64,000 nt of DNA from an uncultured bacterium (GCA_963786935.1 CAWBAN010000001.1:448001-512000), one strand, 5' to 3'; shown: positions 46,542-57,061, numbered from the stretch's first letter. Notes: generated by a model from the letters alone, not told the origin. Program-made: numbers and translations.

Positions 46542-47665
46542 ATGCGGGTGCTCGCCGTGAACTGGCGCGATATCAGGAATCCCGAAGCGGGCGGCGCGGA
46601 GGTGCACCTCCACGAGATTCTCTCGCATCTCGCGCGCTGGGGGCACGGCGTCACGCTCATCGCCGCCGGCTGGCCCGGCTGCGCGAGCGACGAAACGATC
46701 GACGGGATCCGCGTGCTGCGCCGCGGCCATTGGTTCGACGCGAACTTCACGCTGCCGGTCTTCGCGTCGCGGCACATGAAGCACCACGCGTACGACGTCG
46801 TGATCGAGGACATCAACAAGCTTCCGTTCTTCATGCCGCTCTTCACGTCCGTTCCGGTCGTTCCCGTCATCCCGCACCTTTTCGGCACGACCGCCTTCCG
46901 TGAGACGAATCCGGCGATCGCGTCGTACGTCGTGCTCATGGAGCGATTCGTCCCGCTCGTCCACCGGAACTGCCGTTTCATGGTGATCAGCCCGAGCACG
47001 AAGGAGGATATCGTCGCACGGGGAATCGATCCGGAGCGCGTCGACGTCGTCCTCTGCGGGCTCGACCACGGGAGGTACCGGAACCTCGGGCTCGAGCGCT
47101 TCGCCGAGCCGACGATCGTGCACCTCGGACGCCTGCGGAAGTACAAGAGCGTCGAGGTGGCGCTCGGGGCGATGCTGAAGGTGCGTGAGCGCCTTCCCGC
47201 GGCGAAGCTCGTGATCATCGGCGACGGGCCGCATCGCCGCTCGCTCGAGCGGGAGGCGGCGCGCCTCGGTCTCGGGGATTCGGTCCGGTTCGCCGGCTTC
47301 ATGGGCGGCGACGAGCTCGTCGAATACCTGAACCGCGCGCACCTGCTCGTCAATCCGAGCCCCAAAGAGGGGTGGGGGCTCACCGTCGTCGAGGCGAACG
47401 CGTGCGGGCTGCCCGTCGTCGCGAGCGACCGGCCCGGGCTGCGGGATTCGGTCCGGGACGGCGAAACCGGGTATCTCGTGCCCTTCGGCGACGACGCGGC
47501 GTTCGCGGCGAAATCGCTCGAGATCCTCGGCGATCGCGCGCTCTGGAGCCGTATGAGCGCGAGCGCCCTCGATCGCGTCAAGGAGCTCACGTGGGAGCGC
47601 TGCGCCCGTGAAACGCTCGCGCTGCTCGAGCGCGCCGCGGGAGCGGGGGGAGGACGGCCCGGTGA
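46542..47665 (+). CDS. Glycosyltransferase family 4; as assembled it lacks its stop and runs on to 48689 (probable 1-nt deletion in G6 at 47645-47650)
   Basis: NWRD..NP.AGGAE, LGRL.KYK, PSPKEGWGLTVVEANACG; one extra G would place TGA at 47663-47665, overlapping the next GTG. Confidence 0.8.
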
Positions 47666-48657
47666 AGGGGAGACGGATTCTCGTCACGATCGTCAAGGTC
47701 GCGGTGAGCGCGGGGCTCATCGCCTTCCTCCTGTACAAGCTCTCCCCCGAGAACCTGATCGCCGATCTCTCGCGTGTGGACCCGTGGCAGCTCGTGCTCG
47801 CCACCGCCGTCTTCTTCGCCAGCGTCGTTCTCGGGGCCTATCAGTGGCATCTTCTCCTCAGGGCCGGCGGCATCGAGCTTCCCGGCAGGAAGACGTTCAA
47901 GGTGTATTTCGTCGGGCTGTTCTTCAACAATTTTCTTCCCGCGGGCGTCGGCGGGGACGCGATGAAGATCTACGACGTGAGCCGCATCGGCAACGATCCG
48001 CACCAGGTCTTCGCCGTCACGATACTCGATCGCGTCATCGGCATCGCGGGCCTCTGCGTGCTCGCGCTCGCCGCTTCGTTCGTCCTCCTCGCCGGGGAGG
48101 GGCTCTTCAATCTGCGACTCTACATCGTCGTATTCGCCGGGTGCGTCGCCCCGGTGCTCGCCCTCATCCTGAACAAGCGGCTCTCGCGCGGCGTGAGGCT
48201 CCTCTTCGGGAAAGTGACGCTCTGGGGGCTCGGCGGGCGCTTCGACGCGATCTTCCGCCACCTGGGGGAGTACCGCCGTCTCCGGATGCTCCTCGTCCGG
48301 CTCACGGGGCTCGCGATGGCCGTGCAGTTCCTGCGCGTCGTGACGCACGTGCTCGTGGCCCGGTCCCTCGGGATCGACGTCACCGGGCTGCAGTTCGTGC
48401 AGTTCTTCGTGTTCGTCCCGCTCCTCGGCCTCCTCATGATTCTGCCGATATCGATCAACGGGCTCGGTGTCCGGGAAGGCGCGGGAATCCTTCTCTTCAC
48501 GCAGATCGGATTCACGAAGGAGCAAGCGCTCCTCATGGAACTTATTACGTACGCGATCATGGTTGTGGTAAGCTTGACCGGAGGATATTACTTCCTGCAG
48601 CGGAGCTTCGAACGAAAAGGCAAAACCGAACCGCAAGGGGTACACACCGATGTCTGA
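47662..48657 (+). CDS. Lysylphosphatidylglycerol-synthase TM domain / flippase-like protein (UPF0104)
   Basis: FFNNFLP..VGGD, LDRVIG, LPISINGLGVRE. Confidence 0.9.
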   Translation: MKGRRILVTIVKVAVSAGLIAFLLYKLSPENLIADLSRVDPWQLVLATAVFFASVVLGAYQWHLLLRAGGIELPGRKTFKVYFVGLFFNNFLPAGVGGDAMKIYDVSRIGNDPHQVFAVTILDRVIGIAGLCVLALAASFVLLAGEGLFNLRLYIVVFAGCVAPVLALILNKRLSRGVRLLFGKVTLWGLGGRFDAIFRHLGEYRRLRMLLVRLTGLAMAVQFLRVVTHVLVARSLGIDVTGLQFVQFFVFVPLLGLLMILPISINGLGVREGAGILLFTQIGFTKEQALLMELITYAIMVVVSLTGGYYFLQRSFERKGKTEPQGVHTDV

Positions 48658-51169
48658 TTCGACGATCAACAGGCTGCTCGCCCTCGTGATCTTTCTCGTT
48701 CCCCTCGTCGTGTACACGCTCACGATGGCGCCGACGCTCGTGTTCTGGGACAGCGGCGAGTTCATCGCGACGGCGTACATTCTCGGCATACCGCACTCGC
48801 CGGGCACGCCGCTGTTTACCCTCGTGGGGCGGGTGTTCGCGATGCTGCCGCTGCCGATGGAAGCGGCGGCGCGGATCAATTTCTTCTCCGTGGTGAGCGG
48901 CTCCCTCGCCGTGCTCATGTGCTACCTCATCGCCGTGTCGACGCTCCGGTTCATGTTTCCGACGCTCACGGGAAAGCTCGGACGGTTCATGATGTATGCG
49001 GGGCCGTTCACCGGCGCCCTCTACCTCGCCTTCTCCAACACGCACTGGCTCGATTCGACGGAAACGGAAGTGTACGCGCTCAACCTGTTCGTGATGGGGC
49101 TGTGCACGTGGCTCGCGCTCGCGTGGTACAAGAATCCCACGGGGCACGCCCGGCCGCCCGCGCCCGGCGCGGGGCCGGCGATGGAGGAGGAGCGGCTCGA
49201 GCGGGGCCATTCGCGCGGCCTCGTGTACCTGATTATTTATCTGCTCGCGCTCGGCGTCAGTTTCCACCTGGGAACCGTGCTCGTATTCGGAGGAATCCTC
49301 CTCCTCTTCCTCCTCGTGCGGGAGAAATCGTTCAGCAACGCGGAGCTGATCATCTACACGTTCGGATTCGCGGTGCTCCTCGCCGACATGACGCTCTACA
49401 AGTCCATCGGGGCGACGATCGTGGGGCTCCTCATCTGGGCGGCGCTCACCGCGTGGATCACGATGAAAAAGGGACGCTTCGCGCTCGCGGCCGCGGGGCT
49501 CCTCGCCCTCGGGATCTCCGTGCACCTCTATATGTACATCCGCTCGCACCTCGATCCCGGCATCGACATGGTCGATCCCGAAACGTGGCGCGCGATGCAC
49601 TACCATCTCCGCCGGGAGCAGTATCCGCCGAGCAACATCTTCGTGCGGAAGGCGCCGCTCCTGTGGCAGTTCCAGCATTTCGGGGGCTATTTCCGCGAGC
49701 AGTTCCGCATGTTCGGCGACGCGCGCCTCGGGATCTTCAACGTCGGGGCAGCGGCGACGGCGATACCGGTCGCCCTCGGGCTCTACGGCGTCGTCGCGAA
49801 CTACCTGCGCGAGCGCAAGCTCTGGGTGCTCAACTTCACGAACCTCTTCATCAACTCCGTCGGCCTCATCCTCTACCTGAATTTCAGCGCCACCGAGGTC
49901 CGCGAGCGCGACTATTTCTACGCCGGCGCGTTTTTCTTCTTCGCCGTGTTCATCGGGATCGGCGCGACGGCGCTCCTCGTGTACCTCGCGGAGCATTTCA
50001 AGGCCAAGGTGAAGGATCCGGCGACCTACGTCGTCCCGGTGGGGGCGCTGTGCGTGCTGCTCTCCATCATGCCGGCCCGGCACAATTGGTTCACCCATGA
50101 CCGCTCCAACTACTACGTGGCGCAGGATTACGCGAGAAACATGCTCTCCGGCCTCGAGCCGGACGCGATTCTGTTCACCGGCGGCGACAACGACACGTAT
50201 CCGCTCTGGTACATCCAGAACGTCGAGCGTTACCGGACCGACGTGCGGGTCATCGTGCTCACCCTCCTCAACACGCCCTGGTACGTGAAGCAGATGCGGG
50301 ACCGTGAGCCGAACGTGCCGATAACGCTCTCCGACGCCGAGATCGATCGGATGCGTCCGATCGCGCTCAAGGACGGAAAGGTCGCGTACAACGACGACAT
50401 CGTGGTGCAGCACATCATCCAGACGGCGGGCTGGAAACGCCCGATCTATTTCGCCACGAGCGTCGCGGGGACGAAATGGAGACCGTACGAGCAGTACCTC
50501 GAGACGCAGGGGCTCGTGATGAAGCTCGTACCCCGTCAGGGGAGCCGCATGATCGATCCGTTCATGATACGACGGTGCTTCGAGGATCTGTTCCGGTTCC
50601 GCGGCATCCTGACGCCGGACGGCCGGATGGACACGACGATCTACAAGGAGAGGGACCTCAACATCACGCTCAACAACTACGGCGTCGCGGCGGCGGAGCT
50701 CGCGAACGCGTGCGGCAGGGAGAAGGATTACGCGTGCGCGGTCCGGTGGATGGAGACGGCGCTCAGTTTCGCGCCGTATCTCAAGCCGGCGAGCGTCATG
50801 CTCGGGACGTACTACTACCTCAACAAGGACCACGCCGCAGCGGTCGATTACTACCGGAAGATGGTGCAGCTCGATCCCGCGGAGCCCGAGTACCGGCTGC
50901 GCCTCGCCTGGATCTATTCCGAGACCGAGCCGGAGAAGGCGGCTAGAACCGTCGACGAAGCTATCTCCGTCATGCCGGAAAACCGCCAGTTCTATATCGA
51001 CGGCTTCCGCTACGCGGCCAAGATGGGGATGATCGACGTCGCGAAGGGTTACATCGTGCGGTGGATCGAGAAACACCCGGACGATCGCGAGATGCAGGCG
51101 GCCTTCCAGGACGTCGACAGCGTTCTCAAGGCGGATTACGGCGCCTCGAACGCGGCGGGCAAGAAGTAA
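48650..51169 (+). CDS. DUF2723 / TMEM260-like (GT-C) membrane glycosyltransferase with C-terminal TPRs, copy 1
   Basis: TMAPT..FWDSGEFI...LGIPHSPGTPLF, EVY, RERDYFY, GDNDTYPLWY. Confidence 0.88.
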   Translation: MSDSTINRLLALVIFLVPLVVYTLTMAPTLVFWDSGEFIATAYILGIPHSPGTPLFTLVGRVFAMLPLPMEAAARINFFSVVSGSLAVLMCYLIAVSTLRFMFPTLTGKLGRFMMYAGPFTGALYLAFSNTHWLDSTETEVYALNLFVMGLCTWLALAWYKNPTGHARPPAPGAGPAMEEERLERGHSRGLVYLIIYLLALGVSFHLGTVLVFGGILLLFLLVREKSFSNAELIIYTFGFAVLLADMTLYKSIGATIVGLLIWAALTAWITMKKGRFALAAAGLLALGISVHLYMYIRSHLDPGIDMVDPETWRAMHYHLRREQYPPSNIFVRKAPLLWQFQHFGGYFREQFRMFGDARLGIFNVGAAATAIPVALGLYGVVANYLRERKLWVLNFTNLFINSVGLILYLNFSATEVRERDYFYAGAFFFFAVFIGIGATALLVYLAEHFKAKVKDPATYVVPVGALCVLLSIMPARHNWFTHDRSNYYVAQDYARNMLSGLEPDAILFTGGDNDTYPLWYIQNVERYRTDVRVIVLTLLNTPWYVKQMRDREPNVPITLSDAEIDRMRPIALKDGKVAYNDDIVVQHIIQTAGWKRPIYFATSVAGTKWRPYEQYLETQGLVMKLVPRQGSRMIDPFMIRRCFEDLFRFRGILTPDGRMDTTIYKERDLNITLNNYGVAAAELANACGREKDYACAVRWMETALSFAPYLKPASVMLGTYYYLNKDHAAAVDYYRKMVQLDPAEPEYRLRLAWIYSETEPEKAARTVDEAISVMPENRQFYIDGFRYAAKMGMIDVAKGYIVRWIEKHPDDREMQAAFQDVDSVLKADYGASNAAGKK
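48715..48810 (+). repeat. Near-identical direct repeat shared by the two DUF2723 genes (copy 1)
   Basis: 96 nt matching 51521-51616 with one mismatch. Confidence 0.85.
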
Positions 51170-51181
51170 CGCCCGCGGTAC

Positions 51182-51268
51182 GCGGGTCCTGTCGCCCATT
51201 GCACCCCACCCGTGCTCGCTCGCAGGGCGAGCTGCGCAACGGGTGGGGGCCCCATGGGCGCCACCCGC
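51182..51268. repeat. Long nested imperfect palindrome (REP/MITE-like hairpin) between the DUF2723 genes
   Basis: Nested arms gcgggt/acccgc, cgcccat/atgggcg, ccccacccgt/acgggtgggg, gctcgc/gcgagc. Confidence 0.6.
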
Positions 51269-51455
51269 TACTCGAGATATCCCAGAACGCGGCCGGGGAC
51301 ACCGTCGTCGGCGGCCGCGTGCTCCGAAAGCCCTCCGCTCCACCCTCGCTTTTCTCCCCGGCCCGGGCCAGAAAGTGCTTTTCAGTTCGCCGGATTTTTA
51401 GTAGTTTAAACGAGTTCCAATGTCCGGTGAGGATGTAACAAGAGGTACAAACGGA

Positions 51456-54002
51456 TTGTCGGAACAGACGCTGCACCGGCTGCTCGCGTTCGCGGTTTTC
51501 CTGATACCGCTCGTCGTGTTCACGCTCACGATGGCGCCGACGCTCGTGTTCTGGGACAGCGGCGAGTTCATCGCGACGGCGTACATCCTCGGCATACCGC
51601 ACTCGCCGGGCACGCCCCTTTTCACCCTCGCCGGCCGGGTGTTCGCGATGCTGCCGCTGCCGATGGAGGCGGCGGCGCGCGTGAATTTCTTCTCCGTCCT
51701 GTGCGGCTCCCTCGCCGTGCTCATGGGCTTTCTGATCGCCGTCACCACGCTGCGGTTCATGTACCCCGCCCTCGGGGGTGGGCTCGGACGGTTCATGCTC
51801 TACGCCGGTCCGTTCGCGGGATCGATGTACCTCACCTTCAGCGATACGTTCTGGCGGGATTCGACCGAGGCGGAGGTCTACGCGCTCAACGCGTTCGTGA
51901 TGGGGCTGTGCACGTATCTGGCGCTCCTCTGGTACCGGAATCCAGCGGGGCGCTCACCGCGTCCCGCGGCGCCGGCTCCCGCGGGGGTGGGTTCCGACGA
52001 GGCGCGCCTCGAGCGCAGCCACTCGCGGGGGCTCGTCTATCTCATCATCTACCTGCTCGCGCTCGGCATCGGATTCCATCTCGGCACGGTGCTCGTGTAC
52101 GCCGGTATATTCCTCCTGTTCCTCCTCGTGCGGGAGAAGTCGTTCACGAACGCGGAAATCATCATCTATACGTTCGGGTTCGCCGTGATTCTCGCCGATA
52201 TGACGCTGCACCGGAACTCCGGCGTGACGATCGCGGGACTTCTCGCCTTCTCCGCGCTCATCGTCTGGAGCACCTCGAAGAACGGGCGTTTCACGCTCGC
52301 GGCGGCGGGGCTCCTCGCGCTCGGAATCTCCGTGCACCTGTACATGTACATCAGGTCGCACCTCGACCCGGGGATCGACATGGTCGATCCCGAGACCTGG
52401 AAGGCGATGTACGCGCACCTGCGCCGGGAGCAGTACCCGCCGATCAACATATTCGAACGCAAGGCGCCGCTTCTCTGGCAGTTCGGGCACTTCGCGAGGT
52501 ATTTCGGGAGTCAATTCAGGATGGCGGGGGACGCGTTCCTCGGCCCGCTGAACGGGGGGGCCGCGCTGACGGCGGTACCGATCGCGCTCGGCTTTTGGGG
52601 GATCGCGGCGAACTGGCTGCGGGAGCGCAAGCTCTGGGCGCTCAACTTCACGAACCTCTTCGTGAATTCCGTCGGCCTCATCGTCTTTCTCAATTTCTCG
52701 AACGCGGAAGTCCGCGAGCGCGATTATTTCTACGGCGTCGCGTTCTACTTCTTCGCGGTCTTCATCGGCATCGGCGTGACCGCGCTCCTCGCGGCGGTCG
52801 CGGCATGGGCGCATGAGAAGCGCCGGAGCGCGGCGTCGTACGCGGTGCCGGTCGGAGCGCTGTGCCTGTTCCTCTCGATTCTCCCGGCGCGGCACAACTG
52901 GTTCACGCACGACCGGTCGGACTTCTACATCGCGAACGACTACGGGCGCAACCTCGTCGCGGGTCTCGAGCCGAATGCGATTCTCTTCACGAACGGCGAC
53001 AACGACACCTATCCGCTCTGGTATATCCAGAACGTCGAGCGCTACCGGACCGACGTCTCGGTCATCAACCTGAGCCTCCTGCGCACCGACTGGTACATCC
53101 GGCAGCTCAGGGACCGGGACCCGAAGGTGCCCATCCGTCTCACCGACGAGGAGCTCGAACGCATGGAGCCGGTTCCCCTCAAGGGGGGCGGCATCGCGTG
53201 GAAGCACGATCTGCTCGTCCAGCACATCATCCGGGAGTCCGACTGGCGGCGCCCCGTTTACTTCGCGACGACCGTGCCGCTCGAAACGTGGCAGCCCTAC
53301 GCCAGCCACCTCGAGATGGAGGGAATGGTGCGCCGGCTCGTCCCGCGCGAGGGAGACAACCTGCTCAACACGTTCGCGCTCGAGCGGAACTTCGACGAGA
53401 TCTACCGGTTCCGGGGCGTTCTCACGAAGGACTGGCACGTTGACGACTCCGTCTACAAGGACGAGGATGCGCGGGGGATGTTCGTCAACTTCGCCGTCGC
53501 GATGGCGCAGCTCGCCCAGGAGAAGGCGGTCGAGCGGGATTTCGGCGACGCGATACGGCGGATGGAGATCGCGCTCCGGTTCGATCCGGACCTCAAGGCG
53601 GCGAACGTGCTCCTCGGCACGTACTTCCTGATGAACGACATGGAACAGAAGGCGATCGATCATTACATGCGGGTCATCCGGCGTAATCCGGGGGAGGGGG
53701 AATACTGGTCCCGGCTCGCCCGCGTCTACGAGTATAAGGATCAGAACGCGATCGCGCTCGAGACCGTGAACGACGGCATCGCCCGCGCGCCGGAGTTCAG
53801 GCAGATCTACCTCGACGGATTCCGCATCGCCGCGCGCCTCGGCAGGGCGGAAACGGCGAAGGACTACATCCGGCGGTGGCTCGATCGGCACCCGGAGGAT
53901 CAGGAGATGCGCGGCATCATGGCCGGAGCGGACCGGCTGCTCGAGGACGAATTCGGGCTCAAGCCCGGGAGCGGCCGGGCGGGGGAGAAGACAGGATCAT
54001 GA
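51456..54002 (+). CDS. DUF2723 / TMEM260-like membrane glycosyltransferase with TPRs, copy 2
   Basis: Same motifs as copy 1; TTG 51456 aligns with the copy-1 start (alternative ATG at 51420). Confidence 0.88.
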   Translation: MSEQTLHRLLAFAVFLIPLVVFTLTMAPTLVFWDSGEFIATAYILGIPHSPGTPLFTLAGRVFAMLPLPMEAAARVNFFSVLCGSLAVLMGFLIAVTTLRFMYPALGGGLGRFMLYAGPFAGSMYLTFSDTFWRDSTEAEVYALNAFVMGLCTYLALLWYRNPAGRSPRPAAPAPAGVGSDEARLERSHSRGLVYLIIYLLALGIGFHLGTVLVYAGIFLLFLLVREKSFTNAEIIIYTFGFAVILADMTLHRNSGVTIAGLLAFSALIVWSTSKNGRFTLAAAGLLALGISVHLYMYIRSHLDPGIDMVDPETWKAMYAHLRREQYPPINIFERKAPLLWQFGHFARYFGSQFRMAGDAFLGPLNGGAALTAVPIALGFWGIAANWLRERKLWALNFTNLFVNSVGLIVFLNFSNAEVRERDYFYGVAFYFFAVFIGIGVTALLAAVAAWAHEKRRSAASYAVPVGALCLFLSILPARHNWFTHDRSDFYIANDYGRNLVAGLEPNAILFTNGDNDTYPLWYIQNVERYRTDVSVINLSLLRTDWYIRQLRDRDPKVPIRLTDEELERMEPVPLKGGGIAWKHDLLVQHIIRESDWRRPVYFATTVPLETWQPYASHLEMEGMVRRLVPREGDNLLNTFALERNFDEIYRFRGVLTKDWHVDDSVYKDEDARGMFVNFAVAMAQLAQEKAVERDFGDAIRRMEIALRFDPDLKAANVLLGTYFLMNDMEQKAIDHYMRVIRRNPGEGEYWSRLARVYEYKDQNAIALETVNDGIARAPEFRQIYLDGFRIAARLGRAETAKDYIRRWLDRHPEDQEMRGIMAGADRLLEDEFGLKPGSGRAGEKTGS
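51521..51616 (+). repeat. Near-identical direct repeat shared by the two DUF2723 genes (copy 2)
   Basis: Matches 48715-48810. Confidence 0.85.
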
Positions 54003-54973
54003 AGGGAAAAGCCGTCGTGACGGGAGCCGCGGGATTCATCGGCTCCCATCTCTGCGAGCGTCTCCTCGACGACGGGTTCGAGGTCCTCGCCGTTGATTCG
54101 TTCACCGACTACTACAGCCCGGACCGGAAGCGGCTGCATATCGCCCCGTGCGCCGGAAGATCCGGCTTCACGCTCGTCGAGGAGAATCTCGCGACGTGCG
54201 ACGTCCCCCGCCTCATCGAGGGCGCCTCGTGCGTGTTTCACCTCGCGGCCCAGGCCGGCGTGCGGAAGAGCTGGGGCGGGGAGTTCGCGCGGTACATCGA
54301 ATCGAACATTCTCGCCACGCAGCGGCTCCTCGAGGCGCTCAAGGAGCGCCGCTCGATCCCGCTCGTTCATTCGAGCTCGAGCTCGGTGTACGGCGAGACC
54401 CGCGTGCTCCCCATGCGGGAGGATCATCCGACGGTCCCCCTCTCTCCCTACGGCGCGACGAAGCTCTCGGGGGAGCACCTCTGCGAGCTCTACCGCCTCA
54501 ACTACGGGATCACGTATCGAGCGCTCCGATATTTCACCGTGTACGGGCCGCGGCAGCGACCCGACATGGCGTTCAGCCGCTTCATCACCGCCTCGCTCGA
54601 GGGCGCGTCGATCGAGGTGTACGGCGACGGCCGGCAGACGCGCGATTTCACTTTTGTCGCCGACGCCGTCGAGGCGAATATCCGCGCGATGCGGTACGAG
54701 GGGCCGCTCGCGGTGTTCAATATCGGAGGGGGGAGCCGCGCGTCGGTCCTCGACGTTCTCGACATCCTCGGCCGGGAGCTCGGGGGGAGGCTCGACGCCC
54801 GGTTCGTCGACAAGGCGAAGGGGGACGTGACCGACACGTGGGCCGACACGACGCGAGCGCGGGACGAGCTCGGATTCCAGCCCCGCGTGAGCCTCGACGA
54901 GGGGCTTCGCCGCGAGATCGAGTGGTACCGGAACTATCACCGGTCCTCTGAAGGGAGGAGGCGCTCCTCATGA
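53999..54973 (+). CDS. NAD-dependent nucleotide-sugar epimerase/dehydratase (UDP-glucuronate 4-epimerase-like)
   Basis: TGAAGFIG, HLAAQAGVR, SSSSVYG, YGATK, YFTVYGPRQRPDMA. Confidence 0.92.
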   Translation: MKGKAVVTGAAGFIGSHLCERLLDDGFEVLAVDSFTDYYSPDRKRLHIAPCAGRSGFTLVEENLATCDVPRLIEGASCVFHLAAQAGVRKSWGGEFARYIESNILATQRLLEALKERRSIPLVHSSSSSVYGETRVLPMREDHPTVPLSPYGATKLSGEHLCELYRLNYGITYRALRYFTVYGPRQRPDMAFSRFITASLEGASIEVYGDGRQTRDFTFVADAVEANIRAMRYEGPLAVFNIGGGSRASVLDVLDILGRELGGRLDARFVDKAKGDVTDTWADTTRARDELGFQPRVSLDEGLRREIEWYRNYHRSSEGRRRSS

Positions 54974-55911
54974 GCGAGAAATCGAAGTATTTCGGCACGG
55001 TCGTCATTCCGCTCCTCAACGAAGAGGCCAGCCTGCCGGAGCTCTACCGGCAGCTCACGTCGGTCATGGAACGGGCGTTCGCCGCGCACGAGATCATCTT
55101 CGTCGACGACGGCTCGACGGACGGATCGCTCGGCGTGCTGCGTGAGCTCCGCGGCCGGGATCCGCGCGTGAAGATCATCTCGTTCAAGCGCAACTACGGC
55201 AAATCGGCCGCGCTCTCGGAAGGGTTCAATGCGTCCCGGGGAGACGTCGTCATCACGATCGACGCCGATCTGCAGGACAATCCCGAGGAGATCCCCGAGC
55301 TCGTCGCCAAGCTCGACGAGGGGTACGACCTCGTCTCCGGATGGAAGATGCAGCGCAAGGATCCGATCACGAAAACGCTCCCCTCGAGATTCTTCAACTT
55401 CGTGACGTCGCTCGCGAGCGGCATCAAGATCCACGATTTCAACTGCGGGCTCAAGTGCTACCGCGGCGAGGTCGTCAAGCGGATCTCGGTCTACGGCGAG
55501 CTCCACCGGTTCATCCCGGTCATCGCCGGTTGGGAGGGCTTCCGGGTGACCGAGAAGAAGGTGACGCATTTCGAACGGAAATACGGGCAGAGCAAGTTCG
55601 GCGCGGCGCGTTTTCTCAACGGGATGTTCGATCTCGCGACGGTCATGTTCCTCACGCGCCGCTCGACCTCGCCGCTCCATTTCTTCGGGCGCGTCGCGTT
55701 CGCCTTCTTCGCGGTCGGCGGTTTCATCACGCTCTATTTCGTGATACTCTGGCTCGCCGGAAGAGGCCTGCACGTGCGTCCCCTCATGGTGGGCGGCCTC
55801 GTCATGATCGTGATCGCGATCCAGATCGGATCGTTCGGCCTCCTCGCGGAGCTGTTCACCTCGAAGGCCGAGAGAACCTTCGCCTATCGCGAGTACCGGA
55901 TCGATGACTAG
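54970..55911 (+). CDS. GT2 polyprenol-phosphate glycosyltransferase (ArnC/GtrB-like)
   Basis: VDDGSTDGS, RNYGKSAAL, DADLQD.P, GELHRFIP, C-terminal TMs. Confidence 0.92.
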   Translation: MSEKSKYFGTVVIPLLNEEASLPELYRQLTSVMERAFAAHEIIFVDDGSTDGSLGVLRELRGRDPRVKIISFKRNYGKSAALSEGFNASRGDVVITIDADLQDNPEEIPELVAKLDEGYDLVSGWKMQRKDPITKTLPSRFFNFVTSLASGIKIHDFNCGLKCYRGEVVKRISVYGELHRFIPVIAGWEGFRVTEKKVTHFERKYGQSKFGAARFLNGMFDLATVMFLTRRSTSPLHFFGRVAFAFFAVGGFITLYFVILWLAGRGLHVRPLMVGGLVMIVIAIQIGSFGLLAELFTSKAERTFAYREYRIDD

Positions 55912-57061
55912 GGGCAACGAGAAACACCGGTTCTGTCTCATCGGCCCGACGTATCCGTACCGGGGCGGCATTTCGCATTACAACACCTGCCTCATCCGGG
56001 CGCTCACCGCGTCGGGCGACGTGCGCGCGATCAATTTCAAGCGGCTCTATCCCGGATTCCTCTTTCCGGGCACGACGCAGCTCGACGAGAGCGAGCGTCC
56101 CCTGACGGCCGAATCCGAGCGGCTCATCGATTCGATCAATCCCTTCACGTGGATCGGGGCGGGCGTGCGCGCCGCGCGCGGCAAACCCGATCTCGTGCTC
56201 GTGCAGTGGTGGCATCCCTTCTTCGCGCCGGCCGTGTTCACCGTATGCGCCGCGCTGAAGCTCGCCCGCCGCGGGAAAATCGTTTTCATCTGCCACAACG
56301 TGCTCCCGCACGAGCGCTCACTCGTCGACCGCTGCCTCGCGGCGCTCGCGTTCTCCGTCGCGGACGGATTCTTCGTCCAGTCGCGGGAGGATCGCGACAA
56401 GCTGCTCCGGATGCGCCGGAACGCCGCCGTCGTCGTCCATCCGCATCCGATCTACGATTTCTTCGGCACGGGGAGCCTGACGCGGGAAGCGGCGCGGGAG
56501 CGGATCGGCGAGCCGGCCGGGCCGCTGCTCCTCTTCTTCGGCTACGTCCGCGGCTACAAGGGGCTTTCGCACCTCATCGAGGCGATGCCGCTCGTCCGCC
56601 GGCGCGTGCCGGCGAGGCTCCTCGTCGTCGGCGAGTTCTACGACGATCCCGCGCCGTACGCGGCGCTCGTCGATCGGCTCGGGCTCCGGGACGCCGTCCG
56701 TTTCGAGAACCGCTACGTCGGGAACGAGGAGGTCGAGGGCTTCTTCGCCGCGAGCGACCTCGTCGTCCTCCCGTACGTCTCGGCGACGCAGAGCGGGATC
56801 GTGCAGATCGCCTTCGCCTCGAATCGTCCCGTCGTCGTGACGGACGTCGGGGGCCTTCCCGAAGCCGTTGTTCCCGGGAAGACCGGCTTCGTCGTTCCGC
56901 CGCGGGATCCGGCCGCCCTCGCCGGGGCGATCGTGCGGTTCTTCGAGGAGGGATGGGCGGCGCGGATGGCCCCCTCGTTCGAGGCGGAGCGCGCGCGGTT
57001 CTCCTGGAGCGCGATGGTCGAGGCGGTCGACGCTCTCGCGCGGCGGATCGGGAGCTGGTGA
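55904..57061 (+). CDS. Glycosyltransferase family 4
   Basis: GP.YPYRGGI, FFGYVR.YKG, LPYVSATQSG. Confidence 0.9.
   Translation: MTRGNEKHRFCLIGPTYPYRGGISHYNTCLIRALTASGDVRAINFKRLYPGFLFPGTTQLDESERPLTAESERLIDSINPFTWIGAGVRAARGKPDLVLVQWWHPFFAPAVFTVCAALKLARRGKIVFICHNVLPHERSLVDRCLAALAFSVADGFFVQSREDRDKLLRMRRNAAVVVHPHPIYDFFGTGSLTREAARERIGEPAGPLLLFFGYVRGYKGLSHLIEAMPLVRRRVPARLLVVGEFYDDPAPYAALVDRLGLRDAVRFENRYVGNEEVEGFFAASDLVVLPYVSATQSGIVQIAFASNRPVVVTDVGGLPEAVVPGKTGFVVPPRDPAALAGAIVRFFEEGWAARMAPSFEAERARFSWSAMVEAVDALARRIGSW

Noticed and set aside
46542..48689. 715-aa GT4 fusion protein from the ORF track
   Set aside because: The C-terminal half is a shadow frame over the genuine UPF0104 gene
51182..51268. 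Hairpin as SRP RNA, tRNA-Sec or a CRISPR repeat
   Set aside because: Lacks the SRP domain IV motif, a tRNA T-loop/CCA, and any repeat-spacer periodicity
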